DNA of 64,000 nucleotides from a virus (IMGVR_UViG_3300020576_007607:5448-69447); one strand, 5' to 3'; shown: positions 29,157-40,168, counted from the first letter of the stretch. The notes: a model not told the origin generated them from the sequence alone. Numbers and translations are program-made.

Positions 29157-29337
29157 ATGGGTCTGTCACAGCCATATTCACGGAAGGAAATTCAAAATCG
29201 TCAGGGAAATAACACCTTCCCAATATGAGATTTCGGATCCAACCGACGGAAAAACATACATAGAACCGACAGACTGCCTGTTGGGACTTGAAGAATCAAG
29301 AGATAACCTTTTAAAATTCTTATTGGATGAAAATTGA
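29134..29337 (+). CDS. hypothetical protein with tag RDNLLKFLL
   Basis: Operon context. Confidence 0.65.
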   Translation: MKTFKTDEWVCHSHIHGRKFKIVREITPSQYEISDPTDGKTYIEPTDCLLGLEESRDNLLKFLLDEN

Positions 29338-29593
29338 AAACATCAAAAAACCGTTTGTCCTTATCGGACTCGGACTGGTAAACATACTTCATGGAGGACT
29401 GCATCTGATTCAGTTCTTGCAGTCGATCCTGCTTGTCAACGAATCGGTGACACACCACGATTCCGGATTGGACAGGATACTCCACAATCCGATTTTCGCC
29501 CTTGTTTGGGGTTTGGTCGGACTCATGACCCTTTACATAGGAATAAAGGATTACATACACCACAGAAAATGCAAGCACAAACATGGCTATTAA
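29327..29593 (+). CDS. His-rich two-TM membrane protein
   Basis: Two hydrophobic helices; HGGLH, HHD, HHRK. Confidence 0.65.
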   Translation: MKIENIKKPFVLIGLGLVNILHGGLHLIQFLQSILLVNESVTHHDSGLDRILHNPIFALVWGLVGLMTLYIGIKDYIHHRKCKHKHGY

Positions 29594-29816
29594 ATTGGAC
29601 GATTTAAGCAAATACAAGAGCCCTGGAGTCTACACCGTCGAATACGACGTAAGCGATTTCCGCCCACACATTACGGAAAACATCGTCAACCACATCAACT
29701 CCCTGTACAGGATGTTGGGATCAGACATGACATTCTCCAAATGGAATTCCATGACGGATTCCGAACAGAAAAAATTCGAACGGGACCTTAAAATCAGAAA
29801 ACTATTGGACATATGA
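29583..29816 (+). CDS. hypothetical protein with tag RDLKIRKLL
   Basis: Operon context. Confidence 0.65.
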   Translation: MAIKLDDLSKYKSPGVYTVEYDVSDFRPHITENIVNHINSLYRMLGSDMTFSKWNSMTDSEQKKFERDLKIRKLLDI

Positions 29817-30112
29817 AGCAAAATCCAGCAAAAACCGGAGATCCCGCATTAATCAGGGAAACCCAAAAAGAGGAAAGGGTTGTCCGATCCTATGGAAAGA
29901 CGAAGATTTCAATCGACTTTAAACTTGACGGATTCGAATCCGAACTCGTTGAGACGACAGTCATGAAATTCAAAAAGGAATGTCCCGACGACAGGATTGA
30001 CGGATGGTATTACACCCTTTCCGACGGAAAGGAATACCATGAGAACGATCTCATAATCGGAAGGGAGGAAATAAGGGACCATAAAATACAAAAGCTGGAT
30101 GGGATTCAATAA
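29813..30112 (+). CDS. hypothetical protein with tag RDHKIQKL
   Basis: Operon context. Confidence 0.65.
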   Translation: MKQNPAKTGDPALIRETQKEERVVRSYGKTKISIDFKLDGFESELVETTVMKFKKECPDDRIDGWYYTLSDGKEYHENDLIIGREEIRDHKIQKLDGIQ

Positions 30113-30500
30113 GAAATACGTGGATCGGGGTTCGATACTCAGCAATCTCGAAAGGATAGACACCTTTTTCGATTCGGCAGACACCATCATATGCATGGAC
30201 AGCTGGTCGTCGAATTTCCTGTCAAACTACTTTCCCAAAGAAAGGGACATAAAAAGGAGAATCGAGGAAAAATTCCGTTTCGATTCGGGTGTTTCGTATC
30301 ACACCGATCAGGAATACAAATCCTTGAAATCGGTCAGCGACTGCCTGATAGGACTCTCAACCCAACCGACTTGGTTGGAAATCAATCTGACCATAGACAT
30401 CCTGAAACTGACACCCGATCCGGAAACCGAGTCGGGAAAGTTTGACATACTCAAATCAAAATGTTTGCATGCCATTATAGAACATTTTGACAAAAATTGA
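30099..30500 (+). CDS. hypothetical protein (MGFNKKYV...DSWS)
   Basis: Operon context. Confidence 0.65.
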   Translation: MGFNKKYVDRGSILSNLERIDTFFDSADTIICMDSWSSNFLSNYFPKERDIKRRIEEKFRFDSGVSYHTDQEYKSLKSVSDCLIGLSTQPTWLEINLTIDILKLTPDPETESGKFDILKSKCLHAIIEHFDKN

Positions 30501-30541
30501 TTTTTTTTTATAATATATAGTATTATAAAAAAAAAAAGGAT

Positions 30542-31024
30542 ATGAAACACATTAAAAAATTCAAGATTTTTGAGACAGAGGAAATAGAATTCGACAGATA
30601 TGGAAGATCCAATCCGAACGAAACCATCAGACAGGATGTGATGGATTTCATCGACGATATTTCAGAAGTCATCAATTATTATTATGAAGAAGGATACAAA
30701 GCAAGAGACTTCGAAATCCGACTTCGTATGATGATTCAGGAGGAGGGATGGTCATTCAGAAAAGGTGTTAACGAATCCATTATTGGAAAAGCTAAAGAAT
30801 GGTGGAATAAACGCAAACCTGAACCTCATGGTGAGGAAGAAATTGAGTTTGACAGATATGGAAGGACCAATCCTAACCAACCAATCAGACAAGACATCAA
30901 GGATTTCATTGATGATATGTATACCCACAAACTTATTCGGTTTGATGAAGACTACACAGCTAGAGGATTCATTCGATCTTTGATAAAAACGATACAGGAT
31001 AAAGGATGGACAATGTCCAAATAA
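30542..31024 (+). CDS. N-tagged protein with an internal duplication
   Basis: MKHIKKFKIFE; EEIEFDRYGR.NPN..IRQD occurs twice; TAATATATA at 30511-30519. Confidence 0.75.
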   Translation: MKHIKKFKIFETEEIEFDRYGRSNPNETIRQDVMDFIDDISEVINYYYEEGYKARDFEIRLRMMIQEEGWSFRKGVNESIIGKAKEWWNKRKPEPHGEEEIEFDRYGRTNPNQPIRQDIKDFIDDMYTHKLIRFDEDYTARGFIRSLIKTIQDKGWTMSK

Positions 31025-31083
31025 TAATCAAAAAGACTTGATACATTCATCAAGTCTTTTTTCATTACGATCATATAACCCAT

Positions 31084-31809
31084 ATGGATCTCAACAAAGA
31101 CTACTATTCCATATTGGGGGTTTCCAAAAATTCCGACACCAAGGAAATCAAGAAATCATACTACAAGCTTTCATTCTCCCTGCACCCGGACAAAGGAGGG
31201 GATCCCATCCTTTTCGGCGAGATAACCGAGGCGTATGATGTCCTTACCTCGGACACAAGATCAGAATACGACCGAAAAAGCAAATGGGGATCGGAGTATG
31301 ACGAGAAAACCGAAATCCTCAATTTCGAATTCAACAACATGGCCAAATCATGGGACGAGGACAAGCTGAATGCCTGGATAAACCAAAACCAGCTCAACAT
31401 CCTGATATACGTCGACGACAAGTTCAACGGAAAAATTGAATACGAGAGATGGGTGATATGCAAGGACTGCGGGGGTGACGGAAAAGACACCACGTCGAAA
31501 ATCGAGATAAAGGACGAGAACGGAAACCTGCTCAAGCTTTTCGAAGGAGCCGACGGATGTGACTTCTGCGAAGGAAGCGGCAAGAACTGGAATGGAGATC
31601 CCTGCTTTTTCTGCGGTGGAAAAGGAGAGGTCGGATGGACCGACTGCAAGACCTGCAAAGGACAGAAAAGAATTCTCGGAAAACAGAAACTTTCGGGCAT
31701 CAAATTCCCCAAAAAGGAAAAGGCCCATGAGGTTAAGAACATGGGACACTTTTCACAATTTGACATAGGAAAGGTCGGAAGCGTCTGGCTTATCCGGAAA
31801 ACTGAATAA
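31084..31809 (+). CDS. DnaJ-like co-chaperone
   Basis: J-domain DYYSILGV...HPDKGG; CxxCxGxG repeats. Confidence 0.88.
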   Translation: MDLNKDYYSILGVSKNSDTKEIKKSYYKLSFSLHPDKGGDPILFGEITEAYDVLTSDTRSEYDRKSKWGSEYDEKTEILNFEFNNMAKSWDEDKLNAWINQNQLNILIYVDDKFNGKIEYERWVICKDCGGDGKDTTSKIEIKDENGNLLKLFEGADGCDFCEGSGKNWNGDPCFFCGGKGEVGWTDCKTCKGQKRILGKQKLSGIKFPKKEKAHEVKNMGHFSQFDIGKVGSVWLIRKTE

Positions 31810-31861
31810 TATTTTTCCCATTTTCCCAAAGTAATATATATGTTAAAACTAATATGAATTT

Positions 31862-32392
31862 ATGAGACATTTGAAAAGGATATTCGAATCAGGATGGGAA
31901 AGTAATACTAGTAAATACTATACCGAAATCACTCCGTCAGAGTTTTTTAGTTTGGATGGTTCGTCAACCCTGACCCAGTCCAAGGCATTGGAAAAAGTTG
32001 CTAAAAGTCTCAATCCCGAGTTCGAGTCTGAAACACACCGTTCCGAAATCACGGTTTGGAGAAAGCCGAAATCCAAATTGCATACCAATTTGGGACTCAA
32101 ATTCCGGAATTGGATCGTAAACCCAATTCGGGGAAAAACCGATCTGAGCGAACCAGATATCCAGAAAAGGATGTTTGAGATCCAGAATTCTGATGTTTAT
32201 TATAGGATCAAGGAAGTGGATGACCAGTGGTTCATCGTCGAGAAAGTCAACCATAAATATCCAGGTTACCTTCCCGGTTTAGAAGTTTCCGACCTGATCG
32301 AATCACCCGAGGATTATCCGTGGTTTGAGTTTTACAAATGTGACCAAAAGGAGGGTCTCATGATTTTATTAAAAAAAGAAGGCCTTTTATAA
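31862..32392 (+). CDS. N-tagged protein, DD.WF...CDQ family
   Basis: MRHLKRIFE; VDDQWFIV...FYKCDQKEGL; TAATATATA at 31832-31840. Confidence 0.75.
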   Translation: MRHLKRIFESGWESNTSKYYTEITPSEFFSLDGSSTLTQSKALEKVAKSLNPEFESETHRSEITVWRKPKSKLHTNLGLKFRNWIVNPIRGKTDLSEPDIQKRMFEIQNSDVYYRIKEVDDQWFIVEKVNHKYPGYLPGLEVSDLIESPEDYPWFEFYKCDQKEGLMILLKKEGLL

Positions 32393-32420
32393 AAAAAGGG
32401 TTCGGAAACGAACCCTTTTT
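32393..32420. terminator. bidirectional intrinsic terminator
   Basis: AAAAAGGGTTCG-GAAA-CGAACCCTTTTT. Confidence 0.85.
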
Positions 32421-32423
32421 CTT

Positions 32424-35400
32424 TTAGAAGAAACTCGAACCTCCCGAAGCAGCACCGCTTGTATCGATGGTGGCACTTGCCATAGACGAATAAATCGATG
32501 ACGCTGCCGCTCCTAATGGAAGAGCCGTTATGCTACCCAGGGATGTCGCGTCCAATCTGAACGATACCGCCGACAGATAGTTGTTATAGACGAAATCAGT
32601 CGAGAAATTTATGAACGGAGCCGTCGCCTTCCAAGGAGCCATTATCGACTTGTCGACATTCGACTCGGTGGTGTATTGGAAGAACGGAATCCTATCAACC
32701 TCGTACAGGGAGACATTCGACAACCTAACTTCCCTTGGGGATGTCGCCCCTGTGAAAAATACATATAACCCCAAATCAGGCTTGTTGAAATAATACTCTT
32801 TACCATTACTTCCCGATGCCGCGTAGTTTATAAAGTTTGATGGACCACCAAATAGAGAATACGTCGCCTTGGTGTAAGAAGTATAAACATAGGTGGACGG
32901 ATAATCTATATAAGAAACCCCAACATCAATCATCGTATACCGTTCGGGTAAAACAGTCACATTTGTCGGGTTATCCAATTTGAATCCATCAGAATAAGTG
33001 GATGTCAATTTGAACGTATCTTCCGAAATAGCCGCCTCATATTCAAATGACGTTGATGTTGTAAGGGAAAATACCCATCCGTCATTAATGAAATTATCGG
33101 TCCCTGGAGGGTCCAACAAACTACTAAAAGCGTTTGTGAAATTACCATCATTTGGCAGGAACTGATCCAATATCGTATACTTTGTTCCAAGACTCAAGGT
33201 TCTTAATGTGCTCCTGTTACCCTTTCTGAAAACTGATGTGCTTGATAGGATATCATTAGTTATGTATCCGTTCAGATCAATCCTTGATGTTCTCGACGGA
33301 GAGGTGGCTGCCGCGAACCAAGCGGCATCACTATCACTCTGTGTTGACCATATTGACCCATCTCCTATGTTTGTCATGGATGTAGATGTCCAGTTGATAT
33401 CCATCCAAGACTGATATGTGAACTGATAAGGTCTCGCCACGTTGTTGTCCCTGAAATCCATATTCTGGACAAGACCCGTGTGATACGAATAGGTTATTCC
33501 GCTGTATGTGTATGAATCAATTCCGGATATGAAATGGCCACCGTCGAACTTACCATCCACCCAATAAGTCTTATCCATTTTGGTTATGTAAGGATATCCC
33601 TTGAACCACCCGCTGTTCCAAACACCAGTAAAATACCCGTTCAGGAAGACACCAGTCATCCACATGTTCTTGGTGACATAAACTATGTGATCCGAAGAAT
33701 CGACCTCAATCCTTTTCAGCGGGAAATTGTTGATGTATTCCACTATAAGATAATCGCCTCCGACCACAATCACACGGAACTTGTTCCACAACAGGACTCT
33801 TTTCTCGTCGATGTCTATTCCGACAAGGTTTCCGCATGTGACCCAATTTCCGACCCTGAACTGGGACAGTCTGGTGATGTCGTTGTCGACCACGGTAAGG
33901 AACATTCTGTGTGTGGTCTTGTTGAGAGAAATGTAGTTCGCCGATGTGTTCACTATGAACTTGGTAACTGTAGTATCGTCTCTCCAACCGTTATTCCAAA
34001 CTCCGTTCTCCCATATTCCGGATTTGAAAACACCGTTTCCGAATCTGGTGGAAACCCTCTGATAAGCGTTATTGACAGGATTATCCGATGTTGCCTCAAG
34101 AACGGTCAGTGTCGTCGGTAGTGACGCGGTTGAACCTACACTCGCCGAAACACCAGGATACAGCTTATTGTTGTAGGTCGGATAGTAGTTGATGTCCTGC
34201 TTGTCGACACTAATCGAAAATATGTTAGTCGTCAAACTTGTTGAGGAATAAACTTTAAATTTAAGATTAGAAGGAGAAGGACCTGTTTCAAAAGTAAAGG
34301 TCTGTATATTACCAGGGTCTCCAGACGGCCATATAAAGGGTCCTCCCCCACCAGCTCCTGGGGGCCATACTCCTATCCGACTTGATGTCGATCCAGAACC
34401 ATAATCTATATTCAGAATAGAGGTAAGGGTGGACGACAGTGGGACTCCAGATATCAAAGATCTAAAAGTCACAGTATATTTTGTGTTAGGATCGAGAGAC
34501 AAGGGAGAACTTGCTGAGGCAACAGTCAGTTCTCTAGAGTTGGATCCGTTCGTTGTCACCTTCAAATTATTCAAAAAAACCGTTCCAAACGGACCCGAGT
34601 AAGTCGAAGAGAACGACCATGCGGTCCCACTAAGAGACTGAATCAAGTCAGTCCCGATCGGATTTGATGCAAGGCTTATATTCTTCACAGAAACAACACT
34701 CCCAGTGAAGGCATTTATTATGTGGATGTTGTTCGAAGACGCGGCCTGAGCCACGTTCGACATCAACAGGGAAACCTTCTTCACGACCTGGTTCGATCCG
34801 GTAAGAGAATCGACCCCATAAGGAGATCCGTCCCAGTTTCCGTTTCTCCACAACCCGGTTTCCCAATAGATGTTCTCGGCAGTTCCGTAGTTCCACGTAC
34901 CGTTTCTCCATATGGCACCCGACATCAATCCGTTCTGGAAAACCCCCTTTTTCCACTCAGACATGTAAAACGAACCCGATGCGAAGACACCGTCGTTCCA
35001 AACCGAGGATTGGGTGTTGAACGAAGAGTTGGCGGTAACCCCCGCGAATTGACGGTCAACAAACGGATTGAAAACACCTCCGTCGAAAGTCCCCCGATTG
35101 AAACTTCCTCCCAACCAAAGGGAATTGTTCAAATTTCCCTGTTGATGGCTGAACGTACCCGACAGCCATAGAATGTTGTTGAGCTTCGCCTGATTCCTCT
35201 GGATCACTATGTTGTTGCCCTTATAGAGATTTGAAGCCTGAACCTGATAATCGTTCATCATGGGAAGGCTTTCAGCAACCCATCCGTCCTTCCAGAGACC
35301 GTAATAGTCTGTCCTGAACGAATCGGCATACAGAAATTCGGGAGATGATTGTGTTGTCGTGAGGACACCACTTCCGTTGAAGGATCCGTTCCTGAACAGA

Positions 35401-38400
35401 CCGTATCTCCAGAACCTACCCTGGAATATGCCTCCGTTGAATTCCCCATCGAACCAAACCGAGTTGGTCGCGGTAGATGCGTTTCCGAACTCACCACCGT
35501 TGAATCTTCCGAATTCCCACGCGTAGTCAGAAGCCACATTGGAAGACTGTGTCGGTGAGACATTTCCGATTCCGTAATACGACGTGAATTTTCCCCCATT
35601 GAACTTTCCGTTTTTCCACCTTGCCAGTCGCATAAACTTACCACCGTTGAACTCCCCGTCATACCATATGCTTTCGTTTGAGGAAACCGTCCCGTAACTG
35701 GTGAATTCCCCGTTGTTGAACTTTCCGTTGTACCAATAAACCGATCCGCTTCCTCCGACAACCGCGTTTTCAACCACCCCGTCCTTCCATACGGTGTAGG
35801 TCGCACTGTCGGTGACCGGATCGAGGAATCCCATTGTGGTGACCTCAGGCTGAAGATTGATGAGACCGAGTATGCCGTTGTTCCACAGTCCCCCATACCA
35901 GGTCGAATTGTAGAATCGTCCGTTGTTGAAAGTCCCATTGAGCCAAATCGACTTCTCGAAATAACCCAAATCGAATTTCCCATCCATCCACAGTTTTTTC
36001 CTCGGGGACAGATCGTAGTCAAACATCGTCGGCGTCGGATTCGAGGAATTGATGAAATATCCACTGCTGAAAGTTCCTGTCAACCAAGAAACGTTGTTGG
36101 CTACTCCGCTTCCGAATTTCCCCCCGTTCCATATCGAATTGTAAACCAATCCCCCCGTAAACGTATCGTCGACGAAATGGGACTTATATACCAATCCAGA
36201 CTGTATGTCGTTTCCGGTACGGCTGAACACCGTATTTACAATCCTCAGCTTTTCAACATTCGTGAAGGTTATGTTCTTGTCGGTGTTGTCAAATTCCGTA
36301 TTCGAGAATTTTGTATTCCTGAAAGAGGTATTTTTGAAAAGACCCCCGTTTACAGTGGAATTGCTGATAATAAAATTATTGATCGACACATATGAGTTCT
36401 GGGTGGCCCCAGGAACGTAATAGGAACCACCTAGCAAGTTAAGTGTTCCGATGTCAAGATCCGAATCCTTTTTCTCTATTAGGAATTTGGAATATGAAAA
36501 TGACGAAACTGGAGGTGTCGAATAGGTCACTCCGACAATCTTGTATCTACCGTCAAGATTGACCGACGTGGCACCATAAACGGTGGAATTGGTGGCATAG
36601 GTTATAGAGTTCAACCATATGTAATCACCAACCTGGTTATCAAAGTCATCAATCCGATAATCGAAATTCAGAGGGGAATAATCCGTGAATACAGAGATCC
36701 GATTCGGATCAAATGAAGGCTCAAGATTGAGACTTCCATCCGCAACGAATGATGTCGATGACGACGGTCTCAGAATCCTATTGGATTGGTAGTTGATATT
36801 GCCGCCGCTTACCCACTTGGAACCCTCAAAAACACCCTTCCGGAAATCACCGTCAGTAATGAGACAATTCAAAAAGACATTGTTGACATTGTCCAATCCT
36901 ATGGGAGAAAGATTGTAATAGCTCGAATACGTCACTTTGGTCGAGTCGAAAGACGAGACATAAGCGGTTTCCAAGTCACTGTAGTAATAGGCAAACTCCC
37001 TACAGTCTATATCTATGGACGCGTAGATGAAAGGGTTTGGAATTACGGAGTTCACCCCGTTTCCACCACTGTCCCTCGTGACAACCACCTTATACCTGTT
37101 ACTTGACTTGTTCTTGAGACTGACCTTTATCCGGTCAGAACTGAACTGGTCGAGATATGAATCCAAGACAAACCTGGTTTCTATGGGAAGAAGAACCTGT
37201 TGGTCCTTATCCAAGGATGAAAGTATGAACTGCTTGTTTATCCTAGTTATGTAGAAAACATCACCTATTACCAATTTCTCCAAATCCGAATCGGAAATGT
37301 AAAGCTTCAAAATACCTCTTATCGTGGATGATGGAAGAGGAGATCCCGAAATCTCATCGTATGACCACAGGTCGGCCCCCAAAATTTTTATACCGCTGTT
37401 GGTGTTGAATTCGGAATTTCCCGATGCCGAAGATCTTATCACCTGAGAGTTTATAAGTTTGGTTCCCGATATGTTGCTGTTGTAAATGTTGGTGTTTGTC
37501 AGAATGGCGTTCGAAACCTTTGAATCGAGAAAATCACACAGGAAGAACTGTCCGCCGTTTACGGTGATCGATTGGGATTGGGTGATTCCGTAATAGTTGT
37601 CCAAAGCCCCAAATCCAGATGAGATTCCAACATTGCAGTTTTCAAAGTTGCCGTTGTTGATTGTTCCAGCCCTGAACGTGGAATCTATCATGAAATTCAA
37701 TCCCCGACCGATGTTGTTGGAAAGATCCACTGTCTGAACTATCTTTCCGTTTGCCAGGCTTGCCCTGTAGACGGTCTCGCCTATCGAGGATTTTGAGTTC
37801 ATTATTCCGGTTATCCAATCCACATTCAGCATCAGTCCAGAATTCCAAGAACCACCAGTCCATCTCACAGATTTCATGTCTGTTCCGAAAACACCATCAT
37901 TGTGGACTCCCGAGAACCTGCCCGACCTGAAATTCAGTTTGGAAATCATCGGAGTCTTGAATTTCGATTCTATCTTCCAACCGCCGTCGTACCGGTACGA
38001 AACCCTTTGCTTGAAAAGCTGTCCGTTGTAAGTGAAATCCTCACCCACGACATAGATAAATCCACCGGTATAGTCGGGATTCGCCGACACCATCTTGTTT
38101 ACGGAGAATTGTGAGGAAATATCCCTCCAAATCGAAGAATCATCCTTGACCCAGAATCCCGGAGTCACTGAACTGAAAGTGCCTGACGAATATATGATCT
38201 GATTGTTGTACAAGGATACCGTACCCCCAACCACCGAATACTCCCCAAAAAATTGGGACCACACCCCATTCGAGTGAACAGAGAAGGATCCTGTCTGCAG
38301 GGGAACCTGCAGGCCATCGACATAGTCGAACTCCCTTTGGCTCGAAACGTGGGTGACACGTATGTAGTCGGAACCTCCGATCTCAAGCTCCTGATATGGA

Positions 38401-38735
38401 AGAATACCGGTGTAGTCAATATCAAGTATGATCCTGCACCCGTCAACCCCCAAGACGCGATACCCGTCAGTGAAAACCGCATACTTGTCCTGTGAGATGT
38501 ATGCGTTGGAATCATAGTTCCCATTGATCACAAACACCCTGTCACCAACGTTGAAATTGGTTCCGTATTCGGTATAGAACACGGTTTTTACAAAACCTCC
38601 GATGTTGACCGACTCAACATAGTTGAGAATTTTCGACGTGTAGAATTTGGTGTTGGTCCGGGAAACCGATTTCAAGTAGGTCGGGTCCTGGGACAGGACG
38701 GAATTGTTCAGGATTGATGGGATAACGGAAGCCAT
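32424..38735 (-). CDS. 2103-aa probable virion structural protein with W/F-x-x-G pentapeptide repeats
   Basis: Size, Gly/Asn/Ser/aromatic richness, repeats such as WLNGTFNNGRFYNSTWYGGLWNNG; TAATATATA at 38758-38766. Confidence 0.7.
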   Translation of the reverse strand: MASVIPSILNNSVLSQDPTYLKSVSRTNTKFYTSKILNYVESVNIGGFVKTVFYTEYGTNFNVGDRVFVINGNYDSNAYISQDKYAVFTDGYRVLGVDGCRIILDIDYTGILPYQELEIGGSDYIRVTHVSSQREFDYVDGLQVPLQTGSFSVHSNGVWSQFFGEYSVVGGTVSLYNNQIIYSSGTFSSVTPGFWVKDDSSIWRDISSQFSVNKMVSANPDYTGGFIYVVGEDFTYNGQLFKQRVSYRYDGGWKIESKFKTPMISKLNFRSGRFSGVHNDGVFGTDMKSVRWTGGSWNSGLMLNVDWITGIMNSKSSIGETVYRASLANGKIVQTVDLSNNIGRGLNFMIDSTFRAGTINNGNFENCNVGISSGFGALDNYYGITQSQSITVNGGQFFLCDFLDSKVSNAILTNTNIYNSNISGTKLINSQVIRSSASGNSEFNTNSGIKILGADLWSYDEISGSPLPSSTIRGILKLYISDSDLEKLVIGDVFYITRINKQFILSSLDKDQQVLLPIETRFVLDSYLDQFSSDRIKVSLKNKSSNRYKVVVTRDSGGNGVNSVIPNPFIYASIDIDCREFAYYYSDLETAYVSSFDSTKVTYSSYYNLSPIGLDNVNNVFLNCLITDGDFRKGVFEGSKWVSGGNINYQSNRILRPSSSTSFVADGSLNLEPSFDPNRISVFTDYSPLNFDYRIDDFDNQVGDYIWLNSITYATNSTVYGATSVNLDGRYKIVGVTYSTPPVSSFSYSKFLIEKKDSDLDIGTLNLLGGSYYVPGATQNSYVSINNFIISNSTVNGGLFKNTSFRNTKFSNTEFDNTDKNITFTNVEKLRIVNTVFSRTGNDIQSGLVYKSHFVDDTFTGGLVYNSIWNGGKFGSGVANNVSWLTGTFSSGYFINSSNPTPTMFDYDLSPRKKLWMDGKFDLGYFEKSIWLNGTFNNGRFYNSTWYGGLWNNGILGLINLQPEVTTMGFLDPVTDSATYTVWKDGVVENAVVGGSGSVYWYNGKFNNGEFTSYGTVSSNESIWYDGEFNGGKFMRLARWKNGKFNGGKFTSYYGIGNVSPTQSSNVASDYAWEFGRFNGGEFGNASTATNSVWFDGEFNGGIFQGRFWRYGLFRNGSFNGSGVLTTTQSSPEFLYADSFRTDYYGLWKDGWVAESLPMMNDYQVQASNLYKGNNIVIQRNQAKLNNILWLSGTFSHQQGNLNNSLWLGGSFNRGTFDGGVFNPFVDRQFAGVTANSSFNTQSSVWNDGVFASGSFYMSEWKKGVFQNGLMSGAIWRNGTWNYGTAENIYWETGLWRNGNWDGSPYGVDSLTGSNQVVKKVSLLMSNVAQAASSNNIHIINAFTGSVVSVKNISLASNPIGTDLIQSLSGTAWSFSSTYSGPFGTVFLNNLKVTTNGSNSRELTVASASSPLSLDPNTKYTVTFRSLISGVPLSSTLTSILNIDYGSGSTSSRIGVWPPGAGGGGPFIWPSGDPGNIQTFTFETGPSPSNLKFKVYSSTSLTTNIFSISVDKQDINYYPTYNNKLYPGVSASVGSTASLPTTLTVLEATSDNPVNNAYQRVSTRFGNGVFKSGIWENGVWNNGWRDDTTVTKFIVNTSANYISLNKTTHRMFLTVVDNDITRLSQFRVGNWVTCGNLVGIDIDEKRVLLWNKFRVIVVGGDYLIVEYINNFPLKRIEVDSSDHIVYVTKNMWMTGVFLNGYFTGVWNSGWFKGYPYITKMDKTYWVDGKFDGGHFISGIDSYTYSGITYSYHTGLVQNMDFRDNNVARPYQFTYQSWMDINWTSTSMTNIGDGSIWSTQSDSDAAWFAAATSPSRTSRIDLNGYITNDILSSTSVFRKGNRSTLRTLSLGTKYTILDQFLPNDGNFTNAFSSLLDPPGTDNFINDGWVFSLTTSTSFEYEAAISEDTFKLTSTYSDGFKLDNPTNVTVLPERYTMIDVGVSYIDYPSTYVYTSYTKATYSLFGGPSNFINYAASGSNGKEYYFNKPDLGLYVFFTGATSPREVRLSNVSLYEVDRIPFFQYTTESNVDKSIMAPWKATAPFINFSTDFVYNNYLSAVSFRLDATSLGSITALPLGAAASSIYSSMASATIDTSGAASGGSSFF

Positions 38736-38798
38736 TTAAACTTTCTAATCTTTTTGTTATATATTAAATAATCCACCATTCTATTCAATCATTTTGAC

Positions 38799-39041
38799 AT
38801 GAATCCAGAACTGCCCCAAGTCATTCAATACCTATTTGAAACCGAGGACAGGAAATACCCCCACCACAAGGTTATCAACATAGAGGTGATAAGCTCAAAC
38901 AACGGATACCGATACCGCTCCGAGATAATGTCCTCGATCTCGTCCAAGTACAAACTGTGGAAACCATGGCAGGAAATAGACGAGGAAACAATAACCCTCG
39001 AACTCAGAGAAAGAAACATCGACCAGATTTTGGGGATTTAG
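38799..39041 (+). CDS. hypothetical protein with tag RERNIDQIL
   Basis: 80-aa ORF divergent from the structural gene. Confidence 0.65.
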   Translation: MNPELPQVIQYLFETEDRKYPHHKVINIEVISSNNGYRYRSEIMSSISSKYKLWKPWQEIDEETITLELRERNIDQILGI

Positions 39042-39079
39042 TTTTTTCATATATTTTTACATTTCAAAATTGAATAAGA

Positions 39080-40168
39080 ATGTCAACCTTTAAAGTTTCA
39101 AAGCAGAAAATATCTCTGTTTACTCATTCCAACGCCGATTCTCTGGTACTCGGAAAGGTCGGATCATATCAGCTCGTTGTCCAAAAAGGACTTTATAACG
39201 ACGGAGATGAAGTCGTTTTCGCACCGGAAAAATCCGTCCTTACGGGACAGATCAAGACCGAGTTCGAGAAATACCTGGTCGGTCCCAATCATGACAGGGT
39301 TAAGGCCGTACGCCTTCGTGGGGAAATATCGAGCGGGATAATCATACCCAAAGATCTGGTTCCCGATTTCGACCAAGTCCCGATTGATGAGGACATTTCG
39401 GAAAAGCTCGGGATTTCAAAATACGAACCACCGATTCCAGCACAACTTGCCGGAAAGGTCAAGACATTCGACATGCCGTTTGTCGGACACCACGACTGCG
39501 AACACGCGGGAGTTTATGTCAACGAACTTATCGACGGGGAAAGAGTTGTCGTGACCGAAAAAGTACATGGGTCCCAATTCATACTCGCACACAACACCGA
39601 TGCTGGAGATACCATAATCTCCTCAAAGGGTCTTCTGAAAAGGGGACTTACCATCGAGGAGTCCGACTCCAACCTTTATTGGATGGCATCCAAAAACGAT
39701 AAGGTGGTCGAAAAGATCCGACACAATTGGACTGGAGGAATCGTACAGGTATTCGGGGAAGTCATACCCATCCAGACAGGATACTCCTACGGACAGAACA
39801 AGCCTACGGTGAGAGTTTTCGATATCAGACTGAACGGTGTTTCAATCCCGTATGACCAGGTTCCGCGGGATTTCAGGGATCTGTGGGTTCCTGTTATTTT
39901 TGACGGGACACTCGAACTTGACAAAAAAGAAGTGGTTATCTATTCAGATCCGGAAAAGGGAATCCTGAAGACCAAGACCGATTACCTGCTTCCGAAGGCG
40001 ATTGTCGACCTCTGCAAGGGAAACGAAACCGTTTCGGGAAAATCGGAACACATCCGGGAAGGTGTGGTTCTCCGTCCGTACATAGACCGTCTGGCCACCG
40101 ACGGGACACAGATCAGGCTGAAGATAATCAATCCGGCCTATAAGGAATCGGGCGAGGAAATCAATTAA
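39080..40168 (+). CDS. RNA ligase, DRB0094-like
   Basis: N-terminal OB-like segment (HSNADSL...VVQKG..RLRGEISSG); TEKVHG, FGE, FDI, EGVVLR, LKIINP. Confidence 0.85.
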   Translation: MSTFKVSKQKISLFTHSNADSLVLGKVGSYQLVVQKGLYNDGDEVVFAPEKSVLTGQIKTEFEKYLVGPNHDRVKAVRLRGEISSGIIIPKDLVPDFDQVPIDEDISEKLGISKYEPPIPAQLAGKVKTFDMPFVGHHDCEHAGVYVNELIDGERVVVTEKVHGSQFILAHNTDAGDTIISSKGLLKRGLTIEESDSNLYWMASKNDKVVEKIRHNWTGGIVQVFGEVIPIQTGYSYGQNKPTVRVFDIRLNGVSIPYDQVPRDFRDLWVPVIFDGTLELDKKEVVIYSDPEKGILKTKTDYLLPKAIVDLCKGNETVSGKSEHIREGVVLRPYIDRLATDGTQIRLKIINPAYKESGEEIN

